A stretch of 64,000 nt of DNA from an uncultured Solirubrobacteraceae bacterium (GTDB lineage: Bacteria; Actinomycetota; Thermoleophilia; Solirubrobacterales; Solirubrobacteraceae), in the NCBI GenBank assembly GCA_964588985.1, contig CAZPQW010000001.1:32001-96000 (forward strand), written 5' to 3'. Position 1 is the stretch's first letter. Every line of letters starts with the position of its first letter. Below the pieces are notes generated by a model that saw nothing but the letters and a program-made list of their open reading frames with translations, made no database searches and had not been told where the DNA came from. A program made the position numbers and the translations under genes. Positions 17,267 to 27,091 of this stretch are shown one piece after another.

Positions 17267-18694
17267 TCAGGCCTGCGCGCCGTCGGTCGCGACGCTCGCC
17301 ATCCTCGCCCCGGCCCCGAGCTGCCTCGGCACGAGCGAGCCCGCCAGCAGGCACACCAGCAGGAATCCCGTAGCCATCAGGAACGTCTCGGTGAAGCCGG
17401 TCACGGTCGGTTTGCCGTGCGCCATGTGAGCCGCGATGAACGTGGCCGATAGCTGCCCGCCCAGCGCGCCGCCGAGCGTGCGCATGACCGTGTTCATGCC
17501 GCTCGCCACGCCCGTCTGGTGGCTCGGCACGGCCTGCACGATCAGGTTGCCGAGCGCCGCGAACGCGAGGCCGATCCCCACTCCCAGGAGCCCAGCCGCG
17601 ATCAGCAGGTCGTAGGGGTGTCCGTGTTCAGCCGTCAGCAGCGCGAAGGACAACGTCGTGAAAGCGGTCCCCGCCAGCAGCGCGGAGCGCGAGCCGAAAC
17701 GCGCGGAGATGCGTCCCGCGTAGATGCCCAAGATCGTCATCCCGGCGGTCGACGGCAGCAGGTACAGCCCGGAGACGACGACCGACGCGCCGAACCCAAA
17801 CCCCGTGCTCCTCGGCAGCTGAGCGAACTGCGGGAACACGATGAACGACGCGTACATGCCCGCGCCCAGCAGGAACGCGGCCGTGTTCGTCGTCCACACG
17901 CCCCGCACTCGCATCATCGTCATATCGATCAGCGGGTCGTCGCTGCGCGTCTCCACCGCGATCCACGCGAGCGTGAACACGATGCCGAACGCCAGCAGGC
18001 CGAGCGTCCTGCTCGACCCCCAGCCCCACGCGGTGGTCTCGCTGATCGCCAGCAGCACACCCGAGAGGCCGATCGTCATCAGCGCCGCCGCGAGCCAGTT
18101 GATGCGCCCCGGCACCCGCACCGGCGACTCCGGCACGTAGCGCCACGTCGCCACCGCCGCGATCACGATCGCGATCAGCGGAAACCAGAAGATCCAGTGG
18201 TAGTTGAGGTCTTTGATGATCACCCCCGAGAGGACGATCCCCACGCCGGCGCCCACTCCCAGGATCGCCGACAGCAGCCCGATGCTGCCCGCGACCTTCT
18301 CGTGCGGGAACTCGTCGCGCACGATCCCGAACGCGAGCGGGAAGATCCCGCCCGCCGCGCCCTGGATGAAGCGCCCCACGATCATCGGCACGAGCGAGCT
18401 CGACACAGCCGCCAGGAGCGTGCCGAACGCGAGGATCACCAGCGTCCACAGCAGCAGGCGCTCCTTGCCGTACATGTCGCCCAGCCGGCCGAGGATCGAC
18501 GTGCCCACCGAGGCCGCGAGCAGGTAGCCCGTCAGCAGCCACGTGATCCCCGTCTCGTTCGTGTGCAGATCGTGCTGCATCGTCGGGAGCGCCGGCACGA
18601 CCGCGGAGCTGAGCACCGCATAGGCCACCGCGCCGAGGCCCAGCACGGCCAGCGTGACATTCGGATGGGAACGGTCCGTGCTCGTTGTCGTCAA
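17267..18694 (-). CDS. MFS transporter (DHA2-like)
   Basis: GRLGDMYGKERLL motif A, GRFIQG, ~14 hydrophobic segments. Confidence 0.93.
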   Translation of the reverse strand: MTTTSTDRSHPNVTLAVLGLGAVAYAVLSSAVVPALPTMQHDLHTNETGITWLLTGYLLAASVGTSILGRLGDMYGKERLLLWTLVILAFGTLLAAVSSSLVPMIVGRFIQGAAGGIFPLAFGIVRDEFPHEKVAGSIGLLSAILGVGAGVGIVLSGVIIKDLNYHWIFWFPLIAIVIAAVATWRYVPESPVRVPGRINWLAAALMTIGLSGVLLAISETTAWGWGSSRTLGLLAFGIVFTLAWIAVETRSDDPLIDMTMMRVRGVWTTNTAAFLLGAGMYASFIVFPQFAQLPRSTGFGFGASVVVSGLYLLPSTAGMTILGIYAGRISARFGSRSALLAGTAFTTLSFALLTAEHGHPYDLLIAAGLLGVGIGLAFAALGNLIVQAVPSHQTGVASGMNTVMRTLGGALGGQLSATFIAAHMAHGKPTVTGFTETFLMATGFLLVCLLAGSLVPRQLGAGARMASVATDGAQA

Positions 18695-18775
18695 GGCGAC
18701 TCAGGTTAGCCACCCGACGCGTGTCCGCCGGTGCATTCGAATGGCTGCGCCGATGCGATTGCAAGGATGCGAGCC

Positions 18776-19816
18776 ATGTCCGGGCTCGACCGCATCCTGC
18801 ACCGCGCGCCCGATCGGTCCGGCAGGGCCTCGCACCTGCAGTTGACGATCTTCACCAAGCGGATCCTGGTGCTCGCGCTGGTAGCGGTCGTGCTGCTTCT
18901 GCTCGGCGCCATCGGTCTGGAGCTCAGCGAAGGTGTCAGCCTCTGGTACGGGTTTCGCTGGGCGCTCGACACGGCGGCCACCGTGGGCGGCTTCCCTCAG
19001 CCGCACACAACGACGGGTCAGATCGTCCAGGTCGCGGTCACCGTCCTCGGCGTGGGTACCCTCTTCTACGCGCTCGCGACCGTCACCGAGTTCTTCGTAG
19101 CGGGGCACCTCGGTGACCTGCTGGGGGTGCGGCGCATGGAGAGGATGATCGACTCGCTCAGCGACCACCACATCATCTGCGGCTTCGGTCGCGTCGGGCG
19201 CCAGGTCGCGCGCGACCTGCACGCCGCTCGGGTCGAGCTCGTCGTGGTGGACGCCAACGAGCGCAACCGCCACCTCGCCGAGGGGCTGGGCATGGCCTTC
19301 ATCGCCGGCGACGCCTCCGACGACACCGTGCTGGTCGAGGCCGGCATCGAGCGCGCCCGCTCGCTGATCGCGTGCGCGGACTCCGACGCGAACAACGTGT
19401 TCATCACCCTCACCGCGCGCGAGCTGCGAGCCGACATCCCGATCGTCGCGAGGGCCGCGATCGAGGACACCGAGAAGAAGCTCAAGCGCGCCGGCGCCGA
19501 CCGCGTGATCTCCCCCTACAAGGCGAGCGGAACGGAGATGGCACGTCTCGCGCTGCACCCGCAGCTGAGCGGTGTGGTGGACGTCGACGACGCCTACCGC
19601 CTCGAGGAGATCCTCGTCGCGGGGCGCGCCGCCGATGCGGCCCAGACCGTCGGCGACATCAGCGGCGGGCTGATGATCGTCGGGCTGCGCCGCGGAGCAG
19701 ACTTCCAGCCACAGCCCCCCGCCGAGACCGCGCTCCGGGACGGCGACGTGGTCATCGCGATGGGCACGCCCACCGCGCTCGAGCGCCTCGAGGGGTCGCT
19801 CGGCGCGCGAAGCTGA
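18776..19816 (+). CDS. Potassium channel family protein with TrkA-N/RCK domain
   Basis: TM helices with ATVG pore-like segment, IICGFGRVG, GDASDD, DRVISPY. Confidence 0.9.
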   Translation: MSGLDRILHRAPDRSGRASHLQLTIFTKRILVLALVAVVLLLLGAIGLELSEGVSLWYGFRWALDTAATVGGFPQPHTTTGQIVQVAVTVLGVGTLFYALATVTEFFVAGHLGDLLGVRRMERMIDSLSDHHIICGFGRVGRQVARDLHAARVELVVVDANERNRHLAEGLGMAFIAGDASDDTVLVEAGIERARSLIACADSDANNVFITLTARELRADIPIVARAAIEDTEKKLKRAGADRVISPYKASGTEMARLALHPQLSGVVDVDDAYRLEEILVAGRAADAAQTVGDISGGLMIVGLRRGADFQPQPPAETALRDGDVVIAMGTPTALERLEGSLGARS

Positions 19817-19828
19817 CACGCTGTAGCG

Positions 19829-20260
19829 ATGCGCGCCCACCACATCCACGTAGAGCATCGCTTTGCCAAGCCGCCCGCCGCGATCTTCGCCCACCTAGCC
19901 GAGCACGAGAACCTCTCCGAGGTGTTCGGCGCGAAAGTCACCCGCCTGCGCGACGGCGAGAACGGCGAGCGCAACGGCGTCGGCTCGGTTCGCAAGCTGC
20001 GGATCGCACCGGGGATGCCGCCGTTCGAGGAGACCGTTACCGAGTTCGTCCCCGGCGAGCGGATCGTCTACCGCATCACCAAGGGCAGCCCGCTGCGCGG
20101 CCACGTCGGCACGATGACCTTCGCACCCGCCGGCGAGGGCACGGACTTCGTCTATGACATCCGCATCGCCTCGCCCATCCCCGGCCTCGCGCCGCTCGTC
20201 ACCGCCGTGCTCACGCGCTCGATCGTCAAGTCGCTGCCCAAAGTCGAGCGCGACGCCTGA
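19829..20260 (+). CDS. SRPBCC/polyketide cyclase family protein
   Basis: NGVGSVR...FEETVTEFVPGERIVYRI. Confidence 0.85.
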   Translation: MRAHHIHVEHRFAKPPAAIFAHLAEHENLSEVFGAKVTRLRDGENGERNGVGSVRKLRIAPGMPPFEETVTEFVPGERIVYRITKGSPLRGHVGTMTFAPAGEGTDFVYDIRIASPIPGLAPLVTAVLTRSIVKSLPKVERDA

Positions 20261-20275
20261 GCGCCGCACGAGCGC

Positions 20276-21295
20276 TCACGCGCCCGTGACGATCACCACC
20301 CGGAAGCGAGCCTCGCCGCTCAACATCCGCTCGTAGGCCTCCGTCGCCCGCTCCAGCGGGAAGGTCTCCACCATCGGGCGAACCCCCGACAGCGCGCTGA
20401 AGTCGAGCGTGTCCTCGGAGTCTCCCGAGTGCCCCGACGCGTGTCCCGCGATCGCTTTGCTGCCGCCGATCAGCATTGCCGGCGGGATCTGCATCGGCTC
20501 CATCGACGCGCCCACGATCACCAGCTTGCCGCGCACGCCGAGACCGCCGAGCACCGCCGTCACCGCCGGTGCGTTCGTGATCGTCGACAGGATCACCTTC
20601 GCGCCGCCGAGCTTGCGCAGCTCATCCGCCGGGTCCTTGGCGGTGCTGTCGATGTAGCGGCGCGCGCCGAGCTCCAGCGCAAGGTCGCGCTTGCTCGTAC
20701 CGCGCGCGATCGCGACCGTGTCGAAGCCGAGCTTCGACGCGAACTGCACGCCCAGGTGCCCTAGCCCGCCCACGCCGAGGACCGCCACCAGGTCGCCCGC
20801 GTGCGCGCCGCTGTGGCGCAGCGCGTTGTACGTGGTGATGCCCGCGCACAACAGCGGCGCCGCCTCCTCCGCGGCCAGCTCGTCCGGGATCGAGGCCATC
20901 GCGCTGGCCTTCACCAGCACGTAGTCGGCGTAGCCGCCGTCGATCGTGATGCCGGGGATGTCCATGTTGGCGCAGTTGATCAGGTCGCCGCGGCGGCACT
21001 GGCGGCAGTGGCCGCAGTTACCGCCGAACCAGCCCACGCCCACGCGCTGGCTGACCTCCCAGCCCCTGACGTCCTCGCCCAGCGCGGCCACCTCGCCGGC
21101 GATCTCGTGCCCCGGCACGTGCGGCCAGGAGATCCCGGGGAAGCCGCCCTCTTTGCCGAACATGTCGCTGTGGCAGATCCCGCACGCGTGCACGCGCACC
21201 AGCGCCTCGCCACGCCCCGGCTGCGGCACGTCGCGCTCGACCAGCTCGAACGGGCCGCCCTGCTCTTTGACCTGAACCACACGCATGCTCGCCAT
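20276..21295 (-). CDS. Zinc-dependent alcohol dehydrogenase
   Basis: GICHSD, GHE, CGHCRQCRRG...C, GVGGLG. Confidence 0.95.
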   Translation of the reverse strand: MASMRVVQVKEQGGPFELVERDVPQPGRGEALVRVHACGICHSDMFGKEGGFPGISWPHVPGHEIAGEVAALGEDVRGWEVSQRVGVGWFGGNCGHCRQCRRGDLINCANMDIPGITIDGGYADYVLVKASAMASIPDELAAEEAAPLLCAGITTYNALRHSGAHAGDLVAVLGVGGLGHLGVQFASKLGFDTVAIARGTSKRDLALELGARRYIDSTAKDPADELRKLGGAKVILSTITNAPAVTAVLGGLGVRGKLVIVGASMEPMQIPPAMLIGGSKAIAGHASGHSGDSEDTLDFSALSGVRPMVETFPLERATEAYERMLSGEARFRVVIVTGA

Positions 21296-21394
21296 CGTCT
21301 CGCTCCTCGAAGTTGGTGCTCTCTCGACTCACGGCTCACCCTAGCCACGCCAGGTCTCACCTCCGGCCCAAGCCCATCCCCGAAGGGGCCTATC

Positions 21395-24163
21395 GTGCTT
21401 GTTCTCGTGACCCCGCCACCCTTCTCCGCCGAGCTCGCCCGCGACGAGGCCGTGCTGCGCTTCCCGTACGACGACGGTCTGCGCATGCTGCTGCGCGCGA
21501 TCCCCGGCCGTCGCTGGGACCCCGTCGACCGCGCGTGGTGCCTGCCGCTCGAGCCCGACCAGGCGCAGGCGCTCGCGCTGCTGCTCGACGGCCTGCCGGA
21601 CGAGCCCGACGTGAGCGCGGAGCTGGAGCGCGCGATCGCGCGCCGCCGCGCCAAGCGCGACCGCCGCGAGTTCCTGCTCGACGTGACCCGCCCCGACAGC
21701 GACTGGTGGCTGAGCTTCGCCACCGACGCCGCGCCCGAACCCGTCACCGCGCTGCTCGAGCACTCCGAAGCGCGCGAGGTGCCGGAGATCGGCCGCGCGC
21801 TCGTGCCGATCGACGACGAAGCGGCGGAGCTGCTCGAGGGCCTGCGCGCGCGCGGCGTGGACGTGCGCCTCAGCGACCTCGCCCGCCGCGCGCTGCTCAC
21901 CCACGCGGAGCAGACACGGCAGGGGCCCGCCGGCGCCGCCGGCGAGCCCGCCGACAACGGCGCCTACAGCCGCCACGACATCGAGTTCCGCCGCGACCGT
22001 CGCGGCGAGCACTGGATCCTCGTCGCCGGACGGCACGCCGCAACCGCGCGCGTCCTTGCCGCGGGCGCCGGGTTGCGCACAGCGGAGGGGCCCGCCGGAT
22101 CGGTGGGGCTGGCCGCGGCGGAGGACGACGCCGAGCAGCTGCGTGAGCTGCTCGACCACCTCGAGGATGCGGATGTCGATCCCCGTGTGACCGCGTGGCT
22201 GAGGCGCGCGAGCACCTGGCGCGGGAACATCGAGGTGCAGGGCCCGGGCGAGGAGCCGGTGTTCGTGCTGCTCGGCGACTTCAGGCGCCTGCCGCGCCCG
22301 CTTCGCGAGCGTGCCGCCACCGCGCCCGGGGGCGCGACCGTGCCGCTCACGCTCGAGTCGTGGCGGATGATCGACGGGCAGCTCGACGGCTGGATGAGCC
22401 GCGCCGCCAAACGGTGCGTCGACGCGCTGCTCGCGGGCCGCCCCGCGCCGCCCGCGGTGCTCGAGCGCTCGAGCGTCCACGACGAGCCCACGTTCGTGCT
22501 CGCGCCCGGCCACGACGAGACGCGCACGCACGCCTTTGCCGCGCTGCGCGGTGTGCTCCCGCCGCAGCGCCGTCGCCACTCAGAGCACGAGCACTCACAG
22601 CTCACCGCCATCCGCGCCGACCCGTTCTGCGTGCCCGCGCTCGATGAGTTCCTCGCCGACGGCGCCGTCTGGATCGAGCCCGACGCCCTGGAGCTGCTGC
22701 AGGAGATCCGCGAGCAGCACGCACGCTCCGCAGGTCTCGTAGCGCTCTCCAGCGCCGCCGACGCCGAGCTGCACGTCCCCGGCCTCGGCGGCGAGCTCAA
22801 GCCGTTCCAGCGCGCCGGCGTCAGCTACCTGCTCTCCCAGCGGCGCGCGTTCCTCGCCGACGAGCAGGGGCTCGGCAAGACGATCGAGGCGCTCGCCACG
22901 CTCGAGGCCGCCGCGGCGTATCCCGCGGTGATCGTGTGCCCAGCGAGCCTCAAGCTCAACTGGCTGCGCGAGCTGCGCCACTGGCTGCCCGAGCGCACCG
23001 TCCAGGCGCTCGCCGGCAACGGCGCGGGCGACGCAGGCGGCGAGCCGGAGCCAGCCGCGGACATCACGCTCGTCAACTACGACATCCTCGCCGCGCGCCT
23101 CGATCAGCTGCGCGCGCTGCAACCGAAGGCGCTCGTGCTCGACGAGTCCCACTACTGCAAGAACGCCGCCGCCAAGCGCACCCAGGCGGTCCAGCGACTC
23201 GCCGCCGAGGTGCCCCGCGACGGCTTCGTGCTCGCGCTCACCGGCACCCCCGTCATCAACCGCCCCGCCGAGCTGATCTCCCAGCTGCGCATCCTCGGAC
23301 GCCTCGAGGACTTCGGCTCGGGCGTCAAGTTCGGCGAGCGCTTCCGCGGTCCCGACGCCCACCTGCGCCTGCACTGGCACCTGCGCGCGCGCTGCTTCGT
23401 GCGCCGCCTGAAGGAGGACGTGCTCCAGCAGTTGCCCGCGAAGACGCGCGCGGTGGTGCCCGTGGAGCTCGACAACGAGTCCGAGTACCGCCTCGCCGAG
23501 CGCGACCTCGTCGCGTGGCTCAGGAGCCAGCCGATCGACCTGCGCGAGCTCGACGCGAAGGTCGCCGCGGCCCTGCGCGCCGAACGCCTCGTGCGCCTCA
23601 ACGCGCTCAAGCTCCTCGCCGCGCGCGGCAAGCTCCACGCCGCGCTGCGCTGGATCCACGACTTCTGCTCATCCGGCGAGCGGCTCGTCGTGTTCGCCCA
23701 CCACCGCGAGATCCAACGCGCGCTGCTCGACCACTTCCCCCACGCGCTGCACATCCTCGGCAAGGACAGCCACGCCTCACGGGATCAGGCGCTGCAGCGG
23801 TTCCAGGCGCCCGACGACGGCGCCCAGAACCAGCTCATCGTCTGCTCCATCGAGGTCGCCGGTCAAGGACTCACGCTAACCCGCTCATCGAATGTCGTCT
23901 TCCTGGAGCTCGACTGGACTCCCGCCAAGCACGACCAGGCCGAGGACCGCTGTCACAGGATCGGCCAGCAGGACGCCGTGAACGCCTACTACCTGCTCGC
24001 CGCCGAGACCGTCGACGAGACGATCTCGACCCTGCTCGAGCGCAAGCGCGCGGTGATCGGCGCGGTCACCGACGGGCGCGAGGAGGACGAGGAGGGGCTC
24101 GTGGACGCGCTCGTGCGCGAGCTGCGCGGCGCCCCCTACAAGCACCTGCGCGCGGTCGCCTGA
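21395..24163 (+). CDS. SNF2-family helicase with N-terminal HARP-like domain (SMARCAL1-like)
   Basis: FPYD...IPGRRWDP...W HARP-like motif; LADEQGLGKT, DESH, LTGTP, QAEDRCHRIGQ. Confidence 0.9.
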   Translation: MLVLVTPPPFSAELARDEAVLRFPYDDGLRMLLRAIPGRRWDPVDRAWCLPLEPDQAQALALLLDGLPDEPDVSAELERAIARRRAKRDRREFLLDVTRPDSDWWLSFATDAAPEPVTALLEHSEAREVPEIGRALVPIDDEAAELLEGLRARGVDVRLSDLARRALLTHAEQTRQGPAGAAGEPADNGAYSRHDIEFRRDRRGEHWILVAGRHAATARVLAAGAGLRTAEGPAGSVGLAAAEDDAEQLRELLDHLEDADVDPRVTAWLRRASTWRGNIEVQGPGEEPVFVLLGDFRRLPRPLRERAATAPGGATVPLTLESWRMIDGQLDGWMSRAAKRCVDALLAGRPAPPAVLERSSVHDEPTFVLAPGHDETRTHAFAALRGVLPPQRRRHSEHEHSQLTAIRADPFCVPALDEFLADGAVWIEPDALELLQEIREQHARSAGLVALSSAADAELHVPGLGGELKPFQRAGVSYLLSQRRAFLADEQGLGKTIEALATLEAAAAYPAVIVCPASLKLNWLRELRHWLPERTVQALAGNGAGDAGGEPEPAADITLVNYDILAARLDQLRALQPKALVLDESHYCKNAAAKRTQAVQRLAAEVPRDGFVLALTGTPVINRPAELISQLRILGRLEDFGSGVKFGERFRGPDAHLRLHWHLRARCFVRRLKEDVLQQLPAKTRAVVPVELDNESEYRLAERDLVAWLRSQPIDLRELDAKVAAALRAERLVRLNALKLLAARGKLHAALRWIHDFCSSGERLVVFAHHREIQRALLDHFPHALHILGKDSHASRDQALQRFQAPDDGAQNQLIVCSIEVAGQGLTLTRSSNVVFLELDWTPAKHDQAEDRCHRIGQQDAVNAYYLLAAETVDETISTLLERKRAVIGAVTDGREEDEEGLVDALVRELRGAPYKHLRAVA

Positions 24164-24167
24164 GCGA

Positions 24168-24854
24168 TCAGGGCTGCAGCACCATCGCGTCCATGATCGC
24201 GCCCCACGATTCGACTTCGCGCGCTTCGAAGTCCTCCCACTTTTCTTCCAGGCGGACCGTCTGGCGCACCAGCGAGCGGTCGCTCGCGGGCTCGTAGGGC
24301 TTCAGCGAGTCGGGCAGTTCCCCCGCGCCGACCCACGCCGGCACGAACCGCTTGTCGAACGCCACCGTGCTCGCCGGCAGCGTCTTGAACCCGCTCGCCG
24401 CCCACGCCTTCACGTCCGCGCACAGGTGCGGTTCGGCGAGCGTCGTCAGCACCTTCACCTTCGCCGCGTAGGTGTGGATCGTGCGATTCAGCCCGCGGTT
24501 GCTCCAGTGCAGCGGCGCCACCGACCGCACGAAGCTACGGGCCTCGCCCAGGCCCGCTTTGACGACGCTCGTCACGATCGCCCCGATCACCTCGTTGCTG
24601 AGCTGTTCGGAGTCGGTGTCCTGAGGCGATTCGGCCGCGGCCTTCGGGCATTCGCCGCGAACCTGATGCACGACTCGCGCAATCGCGGCTCCGCCTTGCG
24701 GAATGTGTGAATCGGCGTACTGCATCAGCCTGTAGTTCGCCTCGAGGTAGGCATGGGCGTTGGCCGTGTCGGACGAGCTCGCCAGCGCGCACGACGGTCC
24801 CGCAGCGAGCGCTGCGAGCGCCAGAGGAACAGTCAGACAAGTTCGGATTGTCAT
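24168..24854 (-). CDS. Secreted hypothetical protein
   Basis: Signal peptide (LALAALAAGPSCALA); coding-like composition. Confidence 0.7.
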   Translation of the reverse strand: MTIRTCLTVPLALAALAAGPSCALASSSDTANAHAYLEANYRLMQYADSHIPQGGAAIARVVHQVRGECPKAAAESPQDTDSEQLSNEVIGAIVTSVVKAGLGEARSFVRSVAPLHWSNRGLNRTIHTYAAKVKVLTTLAEPHLCADVKAWAASGFKTLPASTVAFDKRFVPAWVGAGELPDSLKPYEPASDRSLVRQTVRLEEKWEDFEAREVESWGAIMDAMVLQP

Positions 24855-24922
24855 CAAATGACAGCCTAAGGGATCGAAGCCCGTACTTCGCCGGGCAACG
24901 AGAACTTGGTAAGGATGCACTC

Positions 24923-26809
24923 ATGAGATGGAAGGGATACGGCGTCATCGCGGCCGTGGTTGTCGCGTGGGGCGTCGCCGCGATCGCGCTTCGCTCTCCC
25001 AGCCTCGGTGTGTTCGACTCGAGCGCAACCTCCACCGCGAGCGCGACCTCGCCCGCGTGCCTGCCCGCGACGCTCGAACACAGCGCGCGCCTGCCCGGCA
25101 GCCAGGTCGACGTCTCGCCCGCGCCGGACACCGGCACCGCCAACCCCCACACGCAGATCAGCTTCCTCGGCACGAGCGCCGCGAGCCTCCGCGACATCTC
25201 GGTCATCGGCTCGAAGTCCGGCGCTCACAACGGTCGCCTACGCCGGTACTTCCAGGGAGATGGCGCGAGCTTCATACCCACCGAGCCCTTCGACCCCGGC
25301 GAGCGGGTGCTCGTGCACGCCACGATCGGCTCGGGCAACGGCGGCAAGGCGGTCGCGTTCGGCTTCCGCGTCGACACGCCGTATTCGACCGCGCGCACAC
25401 CGACGTTCTCCAACCCTCGCGCCGCGCCCGCCGACTACCAGAGCTTCTACACCCTTCCCGGCGTCCAGGCTCCCGTCCTGACCGTCACCGTGCCGGACCG
25501 CGACCCCGCGGCCGGCGACATCCTCACCACCAACGGGCCCGGTCCGGGTCAGTACGGGCCGCTGATCTACACGCCGCAGGGGAGGCTCGTGTGGTTCGAC
25601 AGGCTCACGGACGGCGAGACGGCGGAGAACCTCTCCGAGCAGACATACGAAGGACAGCCGGTCCTCACGTGGTGGAAGGGGCGCGTGCTCGACCTCGGCT
25701 TCGGCCAGGGCGAAGACATCGTCATGAATGCCCGCTACCGGACCGTCGCGAGGATCGCGGGCGGCAACGGCCTGAAGGCGGACCTGCACGACTTCCAGAT
25801 CGCCCCCCACGACATCGCCTACATCACCGCGTTCAACCCGATCCGCTGCGACCTCAAGACGGTCGAGGGCATAGCGGGCGGGTCGATCGTCGACACCGCC
25901 ATCCAGCAGATCGACATGAGGACGGGCCTCGTGCGCTGGGAATGGCACAGCCTCGACCACGTCGGCGCCGCGGAGTCCGAAGTCGAGACGCCCATGGACA
26001 CGCTGCCCTGGGATTACTTCCACCTCAACTCGATCGACCTCGAGCCGAGCGGCGACATCCTCATCTCGGCGCGCAGCACCTGGGCCGGCTACCAGCTCGA
26101 AGGCGGCACCGGCAGGGTCCTGTGGCGCCTTGGAGGCAACAGGAGCTCCTTCAAGATGGGACCCGGCACGACCATGGCGTGGCAGCACGACGGCCGCGTC
26201 CTGCCGGACGGCGAGCTGACGTTCTTCGACGACGGCTCCAACCCGCCGATCCACAGCCAGTCGCGCGCGCTGCGGATCAAGCTCGACCTGAAGACCCACC
26301 AGGCGCGCCTCGCGTCCGTCTACACGCACGCCGGCGCGCCACTGCTCGCGGCAAGCCAGGGGAACATGCAGACGCTCGCCGGCGGGAACACGCTCGTCGG
26401 CTACGGCGGGGTGCCCGCGATCAGCGAGTACTCCAAGGGCGGCTCGCTGCTCCTCGACGCCCACCAGCCGCTCGACATGTCCTTCTACCGCGCCTTCCGC
26501 TTCCCCTGGGGCGGGCGCCCGTCGAGCCCTCCCGCGATCCTCGCCAGCCTGAACAACACAGGCGAAGAGACGATCGTGCACGCGAGCTGGAACGGCGCCA
26601 CCGACGTGTTCGCGTGGCGAGTGCTCGCTGGCGAGCGCTCGGGATCGCTGACGGCGCAGGCCACGGTCCCGTCCGTGGACTTCGAGAGCTCGACGACGCT
26701 GCCCAAGACGTATTCCTACGTGGCGGTGCAGGCGCTCGACTCGGCCGGCCTCGTGCTCGGCGTCTCGCCGACGGTCAAGCCGATCGGCTACGCGGCCTCG
26801 CTGCGGTGA
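24923..26809 (+). CDS. Arylsulfotransferase (ASST) family protein, paralogue 1
   Basis: DLHDF, WDYFHLNS, SAR, WQHD, ASQGNMQ; N-terminal TM/signal. Confidence 0.88.
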   Translation: MRWKGYGVIAAVVVAWGVAAIALRSPSLGVFDSSATSTASATSPACLPATLEHSARLPGSQVDVSPAPDTGTANPHTQISFLGTSAASLRDISVIGSKSGAHNGRLRRYFQGDGASFIPTEPFDPGERVLVHATIGSGNGGKAVAFGFRVDTPYSTARTPTFSNPRAAPADYQSFYTLPGVQAPVLTVTVPDRDPAAGDILTTNGPGPGQYGPLIYTPQGRLVWFDRLTDGETAENLSEQTYEGQPVLTWWKGRVLDLGFGQGEDIVMNARYRTVARIAGGNGLKADLHDFQIAPHDIAYITAFNPIRCDLKTVEGIAGGSIVDTAIQQIDMRTGLVRWEWHSLDHVGAAESEVETPMDTLPWDYFHLNSIDLEPSGDILISARSTWAGYQLEGGTGRVLWRLGGNRSSFKMGPGTTMAWQHDGRVLPDGELTFFDDGSNPPIHSQSRALRIKLDLKTHQARLASVYTHAGAPLLAASQGNMQTLAGGNTLVGYGGVPAISEYSKGGSLLLDAHQPLDMSFYRAFRFPWGGRPSSPPAILASLNNTGEETIVHASWNGATDVFAWRVLAGERSGSLTAQATVPSVDFESSTTLPKTYSYVAVQALDSAGLVLGVSPTVKPIGYAASLR

Positions 26810-26818
26810 GCGAGCGGC

Positions 26819-27007
26819 TCAGTAGGCCGGTTTGGACTTGTGCTTGTGGGTCGTCGTGGTGGTCGTCGGCGTTGTCGTCACGGGGGCGGCGCTCGTCGTC
26901 GCCGTGGAGGGGGAGCTCCCCGAATTGCCGCCGCACCCGGTCGCCGCGAGGGTGCTCGCCAGGACGACCGCGAGCGTTAGGATGGCGGTCTGTGGCGTTC
27001 TTCTCAT
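26819..27007 (-). CDS. Small Thr-rich lipoprotein
   Basis: MRRTPQTAILTLAVVLASTLAATGC lipobox, then a Ser/Thr-rich tail ending HKHKSKPAY. Confidence 0.65.
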   Translation of the reverse strand: MRRTPQTAILTLAVVLASTLAATGCGGNSGSSPSTATTSAAPVTTTPTTTTTTHKHKSKPAY

Positions 27008-27091
27008 GGCCGGGTTCCAATCGTCGCTTGTGGGCTCGGAATCCCACCCTACCAATCGCCCACGCCGGCTTTCGCGGTTGAATAGAGGGTC

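Noticed and set aside
20801-21394. N-terminal extension making the helicase 1120 aa
   Set aside because: It overlaps the alcohol dehydrogenase antisense; a GTG with a purine-rich RBS at 21395 is more plausible.
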